DNA of 64,000 nt from Bacteroidales bacterium. Its GTDB lineage: Bacteria; Bacteroidota; Bacteroidia; Bacteroidales; F082. How positions within the stretch are numbered: position 1 is the stretch's first letter; each line of letters starts with the position of its first letter. The notes under the pieces are model-generated. The model saw only the letters and a program-made list of their open reading frames with translations, did no database searches and was not told the origin of the DNA. Below, in pieces: positions 1-9,652 of this stretch. The stretch lies in the NCBI GenBank assembly GCA_041582875.1, contig JBFHGX010000001.1:23996-87995 (forward strand), written 5' to 3'. A program made the translations under genes and the position numbers.

Positions 1-1
1 T

Positions 2-862
2 ACGAGTGATAAAGTAAGAAATACGGCCGTTGTTTCGGTTTCCATTGAAAAATCACTCTTTAACCGATTGTTGTTGAAGTTCCTGTTGCGTGAAGAGTAT
101 TCTGACCAAAAATTTTCACCAATGTTGCCTTATTTTGGTATCAATTACCTTCCATTCAGTCGTGATAATGTGTCGATACGGTGGAATATCTCAAAAAATT
201 ATAAGCGACCTACTCTCAATGAGTTATACTTTTATCCAATGGGGAATGAGAATTTATTAACTGAATTTGCCATCGGAACAGAATTTGGCGTCGATTTCAA
301 TCAGGATATTAATGAAATGCAAAAGATTCATTTTGGCATTTCAGCCTATTATTCATCCATTGACAATTGGATTCAATGGTCACCAGGCGATTATACCGAT
401 TGGCTTCCATCTAATGTAGAGAGTGTAGTCTCAAAAGGAATAGAAACTTCTGTAAAGTGGGAGGGAAGTTTTAATGATATTAGATTGTCGGCAGCAGCTC
501 AGTACTCCTACACGGATACACGTGAAGATATGCTTGAATCCAAGCCTGTTCAACTTCCATATATTCCGGTTAATCAGGTTAATGGATTTATGACTATCGA
601 TTACCACTCTTATTATGCACGTTGGAATGTCAACTATGTGGGTGAACGAAATACTACGCTTGATGAAATCAATGATAAATTAAAACGGTTACCAGCCTAC
701 TGGCTTCATCACTTAACTATTGGACGGAAATTTGAATTATTGAAAGTGAAGACTGAATTTAGAATCAAGCTATACAATATTTTTAATGTGGATTATCAAG
801 CAGTTCGTTGGCGAGCCATGCCTGGCAGGTATGTGGAGTTTTCTCTTAAACTAAAACTATGA
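2..862 (+). CDS. TonB-dependent receptor, C-terminal beta-barrel portion (5' end outside the window)
   Basis: The frame is open from nt 2, with no stop before the listed TTG at 68, so the ORF is cut by the window edge. It has an alternating beta-strand pattern with aromatic turns (YFYPMGNENL, GIETSVKW, NIFNVDYQAV). It overlaps the next gene by ATGA. Confidence 0.8.
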   Translation, partial: TSDKVRNTAVVSVSIEKSLFNRLLLKFLLREEYSDQKFSPMLPYFGINYLPFSRDNVSIRWNISKNYKRPTLNELYFYPMGNENLLTEFAIGTEFGVDFNQDINEMQKIHFGISAYYSSIDNWIQWSPGDYTDWLPSNVESVVSKGIETSVKWEGSFNDIRLSAAAQYSYTDTREDMLESKPVQLPYIPVNQVNGFMTIDYHSYYARWNVNYVGERNTTLDEINDKLKRLPAYWLHHLTIGRKFELLKVKTEFRIKLYNIFNVDYQAVRWRAMPGRYVEFSLKLKL

Positions 863-1911
863 TGAATAAAATAATGCTAACGTTGATCATGGCCATTTTG
901 GCTGTGTCATGTACCCAAAAATCCACCACAGATCCGGTGATATTGCCGCTACGCGAAAACGGCATCTTTGTGCTGAATCAAGGGAACTTTACCTATGCTA
1001 ATGCTTCATTTAGCTACTACAATCCTGATGACAAATCAGTAAAACAAAACGTTTTTTATGAAACAAATGGAGTACCTTTAGGTGATGTGGCGCAGAGTAT
1101 TACCATTGAAGGAGATACGGCTTACTTGCTTATCAATAACTCCGGTTTTATTTATGCCATTAACCGCCACAATGGCGAATTTATTGGAAAGATAACGGGT
1201 TTTGAATCGCCGCGACAAATGATTTTCGTTAATCCTAACAAGGCCTATGTTTCTGATCTGTATGCGCATGAAATTTCGGTGATTTCACCATTAACAAACG
1301 AAATGGTCAAGCGAATTCCGCTTGGAAGAAGTTCGGAATCCATGGTACTTGCAAATAATCAGGTGTTTATAGCCAATTGGTCTGATTACAATCAATCAGA
1401 TAATAATAATGTAATATCTGTAATTGATGCCGAAAGTGATCAGCTAATAGACACCATCCATGTTGGAAAAGAACCCAATAGTATGGTGGTTGATATTAAT
1501 GGGAATATATGGGTACTTTGTTCAGGCGGGTATATGAATGATGAAATCCCCACTTTATGGAAAATCGATCCCGTGTCGCGTCAGGTGCTACACACAGCAA
1601 GATTCCCTGAAATAATTTCCAATCCAACCTATTTGACCATTGATCGATTGCATCATGAATTGCTATTTTTGAATGAAGGTATTTATAAAATGGGTATTCA
1701 GGATACCACCATTCCCACTCAAGCATTTATCCCGCAAGGTGAATTAAATTTTTATGCACTCTATGCAGTTCCATCAACAGGCGAGATATACGTTAGTGAT
1801 GCTGGTAATTACTTAAGCAATGGCTGGGTATACAGATACAATCCGGAAGGAACAGAAATCGACAGATTTGAAGCCGGTATCATTCCAGGTGCATTTAGAA
1901 TAAATGATTAA
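859..1911 (+). CDS. Surface lipoprotein, probable beta-propeller (YncE/DUF5074-like)
   Basis: Signal peptide ending in a lipobox-like LAVSC. Repeated roughly 40-aa strand-rich units (YLLINNSG, AYVSDLY, VFIANWS, IWVLCSGG, IYVSDAGN). Translationally coupled to the upstream TBDR. Confidence 0.55.
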   Translation: MMNKIMLTLIMAILAVSCTQKSTTDPVILPLRENGIFVLNQGNFTYANASFSYYNPDDKSVKQNVFYETNGVPLGDVAQSITIEGDTAYLLINNSGFIYAINRHNGEFIGKITGFESPRQMIFVNPNKAYVSDLYAHEISVISPLTNEMVKRIPLGRSSESMVLANNQVFIANWSDYNQSDNNNVISVIDAESDQLIDTIHVGKEPNSMVVDINGNIWVLCSGGYMNDEIPTLWKIDPVSRQVLHTARFPEIISNPTYLTIDRLHHELLFLNEGIYKMGIQDTTIPTQAFIPQGELNFYALYAVPSTGEIYVSDAGNYLSNGWVYRYNPEGTEIDRFEAGIIPGAFRIND

Positions 1912-2002
1912 GAAGTATATTACTGTCAATTAGGAAGTAATGCTTACTGCGTAGAGGATTGACAAGGAGAAAATCGAGAAACTTAATGAGATTTTCGTAA
2001 AA

Positions 2003-2992
2003 CTATTTGATTAATTTTCTTACAGCCACCCATTGTTTCAACATGTCGCGGGCGTCGCGGGCAGGATAGCCTAAAACCGTTTGACCTGCAGCCACATCGT
2101 TCATGACGCCTGAACCGGCACCAACAATACCGCCTGATTGAATGGTAACATGATCCTTTATCGATGCGCTACCGCCAATAATTACGCCGTCTCCCAAGGT
2201 AACTGACCCGGCCAGACCGCTATTACCTGCCATAATACAGGAGCGTCCTAATACGCAATTGTGAGCAATTTGAACGAGGTTGTCAATTTTACAACCATCC
2301 CCTAAAATTGTTGAACTGAATTTACCCCGGTCGACACATGAATTGGCACCAATTTCAACGCCATTGCCGATAACCACGTTTCCAATTTGAGGAATTTTTG
2401 TTAGCCCGCGACCATCTTCACTCGGACGATAGCCAAATCCATCAGCTCCAATGCTTACATTGGTATGAAAGATACAATACATGCCAATTTCGCTGCGCTC
2501 TCGAATGACTGTTCCCGACCAAATGATAGTTCCTTTACCAATCGATGTGTCATCCATGATGGTAACATTAGGGTACAAAAGTACACCTTCACCCAAATTT
2601 ACATTTTTACCGACATAACATCCAGCTCCGATTTTACAGCCCTCACCCATGGTGGCTGTAGGATGAACAACAGCCGTGGGATGAATATTTTCTTCAAATT
2701 CAGGAAGCCCCGGGTCGAACAATTCGAGCAATTTAGCCATAGCCAAATCTGCGTTCTTAACTTTAATCAAAGCCCTGTTTTCACCTGGCTCTAATTTTAG
2801 TTTTTCATCAATCACTGCAGCACAGGCATTTGAAGATTCCCAATGCTTGATATATTTTCTACTTCCAATAAAGGTGATGTGGTTATTTTGAGCCTTCTCA
2901 ATCTGTTCAGGACCAACAATTTTACTATTGGTTTGTCCAATTAATTCACCTGATAACAGGTCGTTTATTTCGGCAATGGTATACAATTTCAT
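2003..2992 (-). CDS. lpxD: UDP-3-O-acylglucosamine N-acyltransferase
   Basis: N-terminal domain (LSGELIG...I.GP) followed by about 200 aa of hexapeptide left-handed beta-helix repeats. At 329 aa the length is typical of LpxD. Confidence 0.9.
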   Translation of the reverse strand: MKLYTIAEINDLLSGELIGQTNSKIVGPEQIEKAQNNHITFIGSRKYIKHWESSNACAAVIDEKLKLEPGENRALIKVKNADLAMAKLLELFDPGLPEFEENIHPTAVVHPTATMGEGCKIGAGCYVGKNVNLGEGVLLYPNVTIMDDTSIGKGTIIWSGTVIRERSEIGMYCIFHTNVSIGADGFGYRPSEDGRGLTKIPQIGNVVIGNGVEIGANSCVDRGKFSSTILGDGCKIDNLVQIAHNCVLGRSCIMAGNSGLAGSVTLGDGVIIGGSASIKDHVTIQSGGIVGAGSGVMNDVAAGQTVLGYPARDARDMLKQWVAVRKLIK

Positions 2993-3064
2993 GCAAATAG
3001 ATTTTTGATAGATCTTGTTTTAACAATCTGTAAATTAAGGTTGAAGCATAGTAATTCCTGCTTA

Positions 3065-3538
3065 CTAATAGGGGATTTTATTGTCACTGGTATTCCAGGC
3101 ATCAAATACTTTTACGGCTTCCTCACGCATCAACTGCAAAGAGGATAGTGATCGTTCATTTTTTGGTAAGGCAAATTCCTTATAAATATAAGAATCATCG
3201 AAATCAGCTTTCGCTGCATCGTCTTTGGTGGCTGCATAATACAACTTTCCGATTTTAGCCCAGTAAATGGCACCTAAACACATAGGGCAGGGTTCACAAC
3301 TGGCATAAATCTCACAATCAGATAGATCAAATGATCCAATATGAGAAGTAGCCTGTCGTATGGCCACAATCTCGGCATGTGCCGTTGGATCGTTTGAGCT
3401 GGTTACCTGGTTAGCTCCCGCACCAATTATTTCTCCATTCTTCACCACTACTGCACCAAAAGGACCACCATGACTGCTTGTCACATTGCTCATTGCCAAC
3501 GAAATGGCCTCCTTCATATATGCTTTTCTATCTTCCAT
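3065..3538 (-). CDS. CDA-fold nucleoside deaminase, guanine deaminase (GuaD)-like
   Basis: Zinc motifs PTAHAE and CEPCPMCLGAIYWA. GGPFGAVVVKNG and FDDSYIYKE resemble Bacillus-type guanine deaminase more than TadA. Confidence 0.7.
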   Translation of the reverse strand: MEDRKAYMKEAISLAMSNVTSSHGGPFGAVVVKNGEIIGAGANQVTSSNDPTAHAEIVAIRQATSHIGSFDLSDCEIYASCEPCPMCLGAIYWAKIGKLYYAATKDDAAKADFDDSYIYKEFALPKNERSLSSLQLMREEAVKVFDAWNTSDNKIPY

Positions 3539-3580
3539 TGTAATTTGGTTTAACCATTTATTTTATTAAAAGATTCTTTA

Positions 3581-4273
3581 TTATTGGTGGTCATATTTCC
3601 ATTTACCCACTCGGGTATTTTTTTTTAACGAATCCTCAAGCAAATGTAAAAAAACTTTCCTCTCAATGGTTTTTCCACCCATATTTCGTAAATGAGGGGT
3701 GTCCTGTTGGGCATCTATTAAATCGAAATTCCAATCCAGAGCAATATCTACAAGATGCCAGAGAGCCACTTTAGAAGCGTTACTCATGGTATGAAACATC
3801 GATTCACCAAAAAACATTCCACCAAGGGAAACGCCATACAACCCTCCAACGAGTTCATTTTGGTACCACGTTTCTACTGAATGTGCAAAGCCAGCCTCAT
3901 GTAATCGGATATATGCAGCTACCATTGCATCTGTTATCCAGGTTTCGCCTGATTGTTCTTCCCTTGGTACACGTGCACATCGATCAATTACTGCACCAAA
4001 TGATGTGTCATAAGAAACTGTAAATTTGTTTGTGTTTATAAGGGCTCGTAAACTTTTTGGGCGTTTAAAATCGCTGGGAATTAGCACCATTCGTGGATCA
4101 GGTGACCACCATAAATAGGGATCTCCTTCAGAAAACCAGGGAAATATTCCGCATGCGTATGCCTCGATCAATCGTGACACACTTAAGTCGCCTCCAATAG
4201 CCAGTAAACCATCTGGTTCCGAAAATTCAGGATCAGGAAAGATGATTTCTTCTGGTAATTCAAATATGGGCAT
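3581..4273 (-). CDS. aat: Leucyl/phenylalanyl-tRNA--protein transferase
   Basis: Characteristic LLAIGGDLS..RLIEAY..GIFPW, WWSPDPR and GESMF motifs. Length 230 aa. Confidence 0.9.
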   Translation of the reverse strand: MPIFELPEEIIFPDPEFSEPDGLLAIGGDLSVSRLIEAYACGIFPWFSEGDPYLWWSPDPRMVLIPSDFKRPKSLRALINTNKFTVSYDTSFGAVIDRCARVPREEQSGETWITDAMVAAYIRLHEAGFAHSVETWYQNELVGGLYGVSLGGMFFGESMFHTMSNASKVALWHLVDIALDWNFDLIDAQQDTPHLRNMGGKTIERKVFLHLLEDSLKKNTRVGKWKYDHQ

Positions 4274-4274
4274 G

Positions 4275-5903
4275 TTATAGGATTATAATCTTTATATATT
4301 CCACATATCCAACTGATTGAAGTCGTACAATATAACTCCCCGATTTTAAAACTGACCTTAAGTCAATAGCTTGGGAGTTACTGATGGTTTCTTCATATAT
4401 CAACACTCCTTTAAAATTAAACAATTGAAGTAGCGCCTTTTCAGTGTCAACAGGTAAACGTATGTTGAATTTTCCCTGATTTGGATTTGGATATAGTGCG
4501 CTGTAATCCTCCTGAAAAGATTCATTTGTGGAAGAAACCACATCCATCCAGAAGGTAAAATTGCCTTCTGGCGCAGCCAGAGGATAAGTCGTGGTTGAAA
4601 AGGATGAAATAGACTCCAGGTAATACTGTACTGTATCCGAGGGCATCAATCCCTCGATCACGCCAAAATGCTCAGGACAAACCAAATAAACAGGTGTTTT
4701 GGTATATTCGGTTTCAGAATTAATTTTGTAGTACAACCACATTTCTTCTACCAATTCGCCTGACTTAGAAATGCAGGTGATTTGTAATTCAGGCTGATAA
4801 GGTTGAAGTCCAAGTTTTTTGCTATGCTCGATGCGCAAATAATGGTTTTGAAGAAATGGTGTACTGAGTTGCTTTAATCCTGAAAAATGCTGTGAAAGAT
4901 AAGTTGCATCGATGCCATGAACTTCGTAACCCGGCATCGCTTCGGCATAAATACCCATTGCTATGGAATCGTAAACATCATTTTCGAAATTCGGGACAAA
5001 TATTTGTTGATTAAACAAAATGGAAGAAGTATAGGACCTCATTTCATCAGTCGGGTTTGTGCCAAAACCGCCATTTTCTCCTGGAGAGGCAGGTACTCGG
5101 ATAATGCGGTAGGGACGACCGAATGCGTTGGTTAGTGATTCCAAAGTGGCCACATTTTGTTCAATGACTGCATAATCAGGTAATGTATCCGGATAGGATG
5201 ATACTAAAATGGTTTCAAAATCAAGAATCTGCATAAACTCATCAATGCTATGGTGTTCACCTCCACCACTATTGGTTAAAGGACTAAGAAAAATCCAATT
5301 GTTCAAATTGAATTGGTCTTTAAGCATAATCCTGATTTCGTCTTCGGTATATTGAAGGTTATTCTCGATCAAATCAGTGGTTGAAAATCCATATTTAATG
5401 CCGTCGTGCAGGATATTACTGCCATCCATTTCGAGTGGTACATCAGCAATAGGCCAATCCCAAGTTTCTGCCAATTGATTGGGAATACTATCTTCTCCGT
5501 TGGCACCTGAATTGGAGTAAACCCCATTGTAAATAAATCGTTCAAGGTTCGATTCAAAAGCCGCAAAACCGGTAATAGGTCCATAGTTCCTGATCAATGG
5601 ACTTTGGTAGTTTGCGGGGATATAATAAATATGTTCGGTAGTGGCATCGTGGTCAACAAGGAATTGTTTGATAGTTGTGGTATCCATTTGCAATTCGGGC
5701 TGATATAAAATCCACACAGTATCAGTTTTCTGTTGAACCCGTGCAATAACTTCGGTAATTACCAAATTTTCTTCCTCAAATTGACTCCAAGCGAATACAA
5801 TTCCGTTATTTTTTTCAAAATCACCGGGAATGGTAACAGCCAATTGAGCCGACAAAAGCGTTGTAGTAAAAATTAGTGTAAAGAGTAAGATGAGATGCTT
5901 CAT
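4275..5903 (-). CDS. Secreted agmatine deiminase/peptidyl-arginine deiminase-like protein with T9SS C-terminal sorting domain
   Basis: Signal peptide. By eye it follows the PF04371-type order IPGDFEKNNGIVFAWS / LIRNYGP / MDGSNILHDG / HHSIDEF / SYTSSILFNQQIFVPNF. The C-terminal 72 aa (YPNPNQGKFNI...IIIL) form a type-A T9SS sorting domain. Confidence 0.6.
   Translation of the reverse strand: MKHLILLFTLIFTTTLLSAQLAVTIPGDFEKNNGIVFAWSQFEEENLVITEVIARVQQKTDTVWILYQPELQMDTTTIKQFLVDHDATTEHIYYIPANYQSPLIRNYGPITGFAAFESNLERFIYNGVYSNSGANGEDSIPNQLAETWDWPIADVPLEMDGSNILHDGIKYGFSTTDLIENNLQYTEDEIRIMLKDQFNLNNWIFLSPLTNSGGGEHHSIDEFMQILDFETILVSSYPDTLPDYAVIEQNVATLESLTNAFGRPYRIIRVPASPGENGGFGTNPTDEMRSYTSSILFNQQIFVPNFENDVYDSIAMGIYAEAMPGYEVHGIDATYLSQHFSGLKQLSTPFLQNHYLRIEHSKKLGLQPYQPELQITCISKSGELVEEMWLYYKINSETEYTKTPVYLVCPEHFGVIEGLMPSDTVQYYLESISSFSTTTYPLAAPEGNFTFWMDVVSSTNESFQEDYSALYPNPNQGKFNIRLPVDTEKALLQLFNFKGVLIYEETISNSQAIDLRSVLKSGSYIVRLQSVGYVEYIKIIIL
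4278..4493 (-). other. T9SS type-A C-terminal sorting domain (part of CDS 4275..5903)
   Basis: YPNPNQGKFNIRL...GSYIVRLQS...IKIIIL beta-sandwich signature at the extreme C-terminus. Confidence 0.75.
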
Positions 5904-5909
5904 AGTATA

Positions 5910-7100
5910 TTAAAGTTCGTTTAGACTCTGGATGACCTGTTTTGCAACAGATTCAACTTCGACGGGGGTTATAGTCAGGGGAGGAGCAATGCGGAAAGAA
6001 GTTGCATTAAATAAAAATTGATCGACAATAAGTCGGTTTTTTTGTAAAATTTTAACCAGTTTACTTACCGAATATCCGGGAACAATTTCAACCGCAAGCA
6101 TCAAACCAATCTGTCTGATTTGGCTCACAAGCGGATGGTTTTCTAATAATTGAACAAACTGACGTCCACGTTCTTCAGCCTGAGAAGGCAAATCTTCCTC
6201 GGTAATTACTTTTAAACTGGCCAAGGCAGCAGCAGAACTTACCGGATGTCCTCCAAAGGTAGTAATATGGCCCAAAGCGGGATTAAAAGTGAGCTGGGCC
6301 ATCATTTCTTTGGAAGAAACAAATGCGCCAATGGGCATGCCTCCACCCATTCCTTTTGCCAGACAAAGTATGTCAGGAACAACGTCAAAGTGCTGAAAAG
6401 CCATTAATTTACCAGTACGTCCGAATCCCATTTGTACTTCATCAAAAACCAATAGTGTTCCTGTTTCTGTACATCTTTGTCGAAGAGTCGAAATCCAGCT
6501 TTTTTCGGGGATTAATATCCCGGCTTCTGCCTGAATCGGCTCAACTATTACGCAGGCTGTTTTTTCAGTGATCAGTTCAAATGCATTTATCGAATTAAAT
6601 TCACCAAATTGAACATCAGGTAGCAATGGGCGGTAAGCCGATTTCATTTCTTCATTTCCCAGTACACTTAAGGCGCCATGTGTACTACCATGATAGGCAT
6701 TTTTAAATGCCACAATACCTGGTCTTCTGGTTACCCGTTTAGCTAATTTAAGAGCGCCTTCAATGGCCTCACTACCTGAATTCACCAAAAAAACTGATTG
6801 CAAGCATTGCGGAAGATTTTCGGCCAATAAGGCAGCAAGTTGAACCTGAGGCGATTGTATGTATTTTCCGTAAACCATCAAATGCATGTATCTTCCCAAT
6901 TGATCGGTAACTGCCTTTGTAACTGCCGGATGACGATGCCCTATATTGCTTACTGAGACTCCCGAAACCAAATCTACATAACGATCTCCATTTTGTTCAT
7001 AAAGGTAAATGCCTTTGGCATAGACAATTTCGATGGCATCAGGAACTTCGGCTGGTATGGCCAGATTTTGTTGAAAAAGTTGGCGATTGGTCAATTGCAT
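5910..7100 (-). CDS. Class-III pyridoxal-phosphate aminotransferase (acetylornithine/ornithine aminotransferase-like)
   Basis: Motifs SGSEAIEGALKLA, DEVQMGFGRTG and the PLP-lysine region LAKGMGGGMPIGA. Length 396 aa. Confidence 0.85.
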   Translation of the reverse strand: MQLTNRQLFQQNLAIPAEVPDAIEIVYAKGIYLYEQNGDRYVDLVSGVSVSNIGHRHPAVTKAVTDQLGRYMHLMVYGKYIQSPQVQLAALLAENLPQCLQSVFLVNSGSEAIEGALKLAKRVTRRPGIVAFKNAYHGSTHGALSVLGNEEMKSAYRPLLPDVQFGEFNSINAFELITEKTACVIVEPIQAEAGILIPEKSWISTLRQRCTETGTLLVFDEVQMGFGRTGKLMAFQHFDVVPDILCLAKGMGGGMPIGAFVSSKEMMAQLTFNPALGHITTFGGHPVSSAAALASLKVITEEDLPSQAEERGRQFVQLLENHPLVSQIRQIGLMLAVEIVPGYSVSKLVKILQKNRLIVDQFLFNATSFRIAPPLTITPVEVESVAKQVIQSLNEL

Positions 7101-7193
7101 AAAAATTCTTTTTGCAAATTTACATTATTATAAAATAGGTTAAGAAATTGTCAATGATTAGGAATTATTGTTATCATTGTAAAAAAAATAGAA

Positions 7194-8000
7194 GTGAAGG
7201 GAAAGGTAGTTGTAATTACCGGTGCAAGTTCTGGAATCGGTAAAGCCTTGGCATTGTTATTTGCTCAAAAAGGATCGAAAGTGGTGATTGGAGCCAGAAA
7301 CCATGAAAAGCTAATGGAAGTGGCAGAAGAAATAAAACTGTCGGGTGGCGAGGTGGCATTTGTTCAAACTGATGTCAGCATTGAGAATGACTGTAAAAAC
7401 CTGATATTAACCGCAGTGAATAGCTACGGGAAAGTGGATGTTTTGATCAATAATGCGGGTATTTCCATGCGAGCAATGTTTGAAAATGCTGATTTATCAG
7501 TGATAAAAAGACTCATGGATATAAATTTTTGGGGGACTGTTTATTCTACAAAATACGCATTACCTTATATATTACGACAAAAGGGAAGTGTAGTTGGTGT
7601 TTCATCTATTGCAGGAATTAAAGGACTCCCTGCGCGGACAGGTTATTCAGCCTCTAAATTTGCCATGAATGGGTTTATGGATTCACTACGCATTGAGAAT
7701 TTAAATAAAGGATTGCACGTCATGCTGGCTTTTCCCGGATTTACAGCCTCAAATATTCGAAATACTGCTTTGGCAGCGGATGGTTCAATGCAAGGCGAAT
7801 CTCCTCGTGACGAAGGTAAAATGATGACAGCAGATGAGGTAGCTATCCACATTTATAATGCGATTGATAAGCGAAAAAATAAAATCATACTTACCTCACA
7901 AGGTAAGTTGACCAACCTTTTAAATAAATTTTTTCCAGACTTGTTGGATAAAATGGTGTTTAATCACATGGCGAAAGAACCGGATTCGCCCTTTAAATAA
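7194..8000 (+). CDS. Short-chain dehydrogenase/reductase (SDR) family oxidoreductase
   Basis: A GTG start is directly followed by the Rossmann motif ITGASSGIGKA. NNAG and the catalytic YSASK are present. Confidence 0.85.
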   Translation: MKGKVVVITGASSGIGKALALLFAQKGSKVVIGARNHEKLMEVAEEIKLSGGEVAFVQTDVSIENDCKNLILTAVNSYGKVDVLINNAGISMRAMFENADLSVIKRLMDINFWGTVYSTKYALPYILRQKGSVVGVSSIAGIKGLPARTGYSASKFAMNGFMDSLRIENLNKGLHVMLAFPGFTASNIRNTALAADGSMQGESPRDEGKMMTADEVAIHIYNAIDKRKNKIILTSQGKLTNLLNKFFPDLLDKMVFNHMAKEPDSPFK

Positions 8001-8052
8001 TCGCTTTTTATACTTGAATACGATTTAAAATTAATAATATAACTGTTAGAAG

Positions 8053-8523
8053 ATGTTAACAAACTTTGAGATTAAACCCAATGTGGGTTATGGAAACATT
8101 ACCTTTGGTTTGGGTATTGATGAATTTGTAGAGAAATTTGGTGAACCAGAAGAAATTGACAATTTTGATGAAGATGAGGAATTAAATACTACCGTTCTCC
8201 ATTATTGGAAAGCTGGATTTTCGGCATTTTTTGTAGGTCTAGCCACTCAAATTCTTGCAGGGATAGAAGTGGATCAACCTGAATCGAATATTTTTGGAGA
8301 GCAAATTATTGGTAAACCACAAGATTTTATTGTGGACCTGATGAAAAAACATGGCATGACCGCCTATGAGTCAGAAGCTGAGGAAGACGAAACTGGTGAA
8401 GGGACTGAAATCAGACTGTCGTATGAGGAAAGCATGATGGATTTCTTTTTCCGTGAAGGCATTCTTGTTTACATGAATTTTGGTGTTTTTATCAATGAGA
8501 AAGGTAAGATTCAGGCTGTTTAA
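8053..8523 (+). CDS. Hypothetical acidic cytoplasmic protein
   Basis: 156-aa ORF with no recognisable motif. It has Asp/Glu-rich runs (EEIDNFDEDEELN, ESEAEEDETGEGTE). Confidence 0.45.
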   Translation: MLTNFEIKPNVGYGNITFGLGIDEFVEKFGEPEEIDNFDEDEELNTTVLHYWKAGFSAFFVGLATQILAGIEVDQPESNIFGEQIIGKPQDFIVDLMKKHGMTAYESEAEEDETGEGTEIRLSYEESMMDFFFREGILVYMNFGVFINEKGKIQAV

Positions 8524-8541
8524 TCTATGAGTATTTCACCC

Positions 8542-9450
8542 TCAATAGCTGTTGTTGCGGGGGTGATATTTTAAGATTGCTGTTTTTAAGTCTCTAGTGT
8601 CTAAATGTGTGTAAATTTCGGTTGTAGTTATGGATGCGTGTCCCAGTAATTCCTGAACAGCTCTTAAGTTTGCTCCGCGTTGTACCAAATGAGTTGCGTA
8701 AGAGTGTCTGAAGGTGTGAGGACTGATGTTTTTTTTAATCCCAGCCTTTTCCACCAGATCTTTAACCATAAGAAAGATCATTTGACGTGATAATTTAGCC
8801 CCGCGATTGTTTAAAAACAAAATATCTTCATCTCCTTTTTTGGGTGCCATGTGCACCCTTATTTGTTTTAAGTAGGTTAGTATCTGTTTCTCAGCCATAT
8901 TACCAATGGGAATAAGTCGTTGTTTATCACCTTTTCCGGTGACAGATATAATCCCTTCACGGAAGTACAGTTCCGAAATCCTTAAATTAACGAGTTCCGT
9001 AACGCGCAGCCCACAACCATAAAGGGTTTCAACAATGGCTTTGTTGCGTTCACCATGATTTGCGGATAAGTCGATAGAAGCCAGTATTTTATCAATTTCA
9101 GCAATGGTTAAAAACTCGGGGAGCTTTTTTCCCAGTTGGGGAGAATCGAGCAATGATGTTGGGTCGTTGTCGACAAGCTTTTCAAGCAATAAAAATTGAA
9201 AAAAGGATTTGATGCCTGAAATCACTCTGGCTTGGGATGTTGATCCCAGTTGGAGTTCATCGATAAAACTCATAAAATCCTGAAGATGTATCAATTGAAC
9301 ATCTTTTAGGGAGTCGATGGTTTCAATATCTTGCAGAAACCGAAAAAACAGGTCCACATCATGCAAATAAGCATCCAAGGTATTGGACGAAAGTCCTCGT
9401 TCAAGTTGCAAGTAGGTGCTAAATCCGTTTCTAATGCTAGAAAATTTCAA
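8542..9450 (-). CDS. xerD: Site-specific tyrosine recombinase XerD-like
   Basis: N-terminal SAM-like domain (YLQLERGLSSNTLDAYLHDV). Catalytic R..HTFRHSYATHL..LGHASITTTEIYTH. Confidence 0.75.
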   Translation of the reverse strand: MKFSSIRNGFSTYLQLERGLSSNTLDAYLHDVDLFFRFLQDIETIDSLKDVQLIHLQDFMSFIDELQLGSTSQARVISGIKSFFQFLLLEKLVDNDPTSLLDSPQLGKKLPEFLTIAEIDKILASIDLSANHGERNKAIVETLYGCGLRVTELVNLRISELYFREGIISVTGKGDKQRLIPIGNMAEKQILTYLKQIRVHMAPKKGDEDILFLNNRGAKLSRQMIFLMVKDLVEKAGIKKNISPHTFRHSYATHLVQRGANLRAVQELLGHASITTTEIYTHLDTRDLKTAILKYHPRNNSY

Positions 9451-9652
9451 GTTTTGATGGGTTTTTGACTAATTCTAAGCTTTGTTTGATCGTCACAATA
9501 AAAGATCGAACTAGGCTTTATATTTATAATCCGTAATAAATAACTAAAATATTGTACGAAAATAGTTAAAAACATAGGTATGTGAATTTTTTTTATCTAT
9601 TTTCGGAGACGAATAATTACAACTCATTTCTCACCTTAACAAAGACTAAAAC

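Noticed and set aside
8053-8523. Very acidic 156-aa protein as a DNA mimic, anti-restriction or immunity protein
   Set aside because: Acidity alone is not evidence. There is no partner toxin or nuclease gene and no mobile context.
8542-9450. Tyrosine recombinase as a marker of an integrated mobile element
   Set aside because: It has a XerD-type N-terminal domain and the housekeeping length. I saw no flanking repeats, excisionase, transfer genes or cargo genes.
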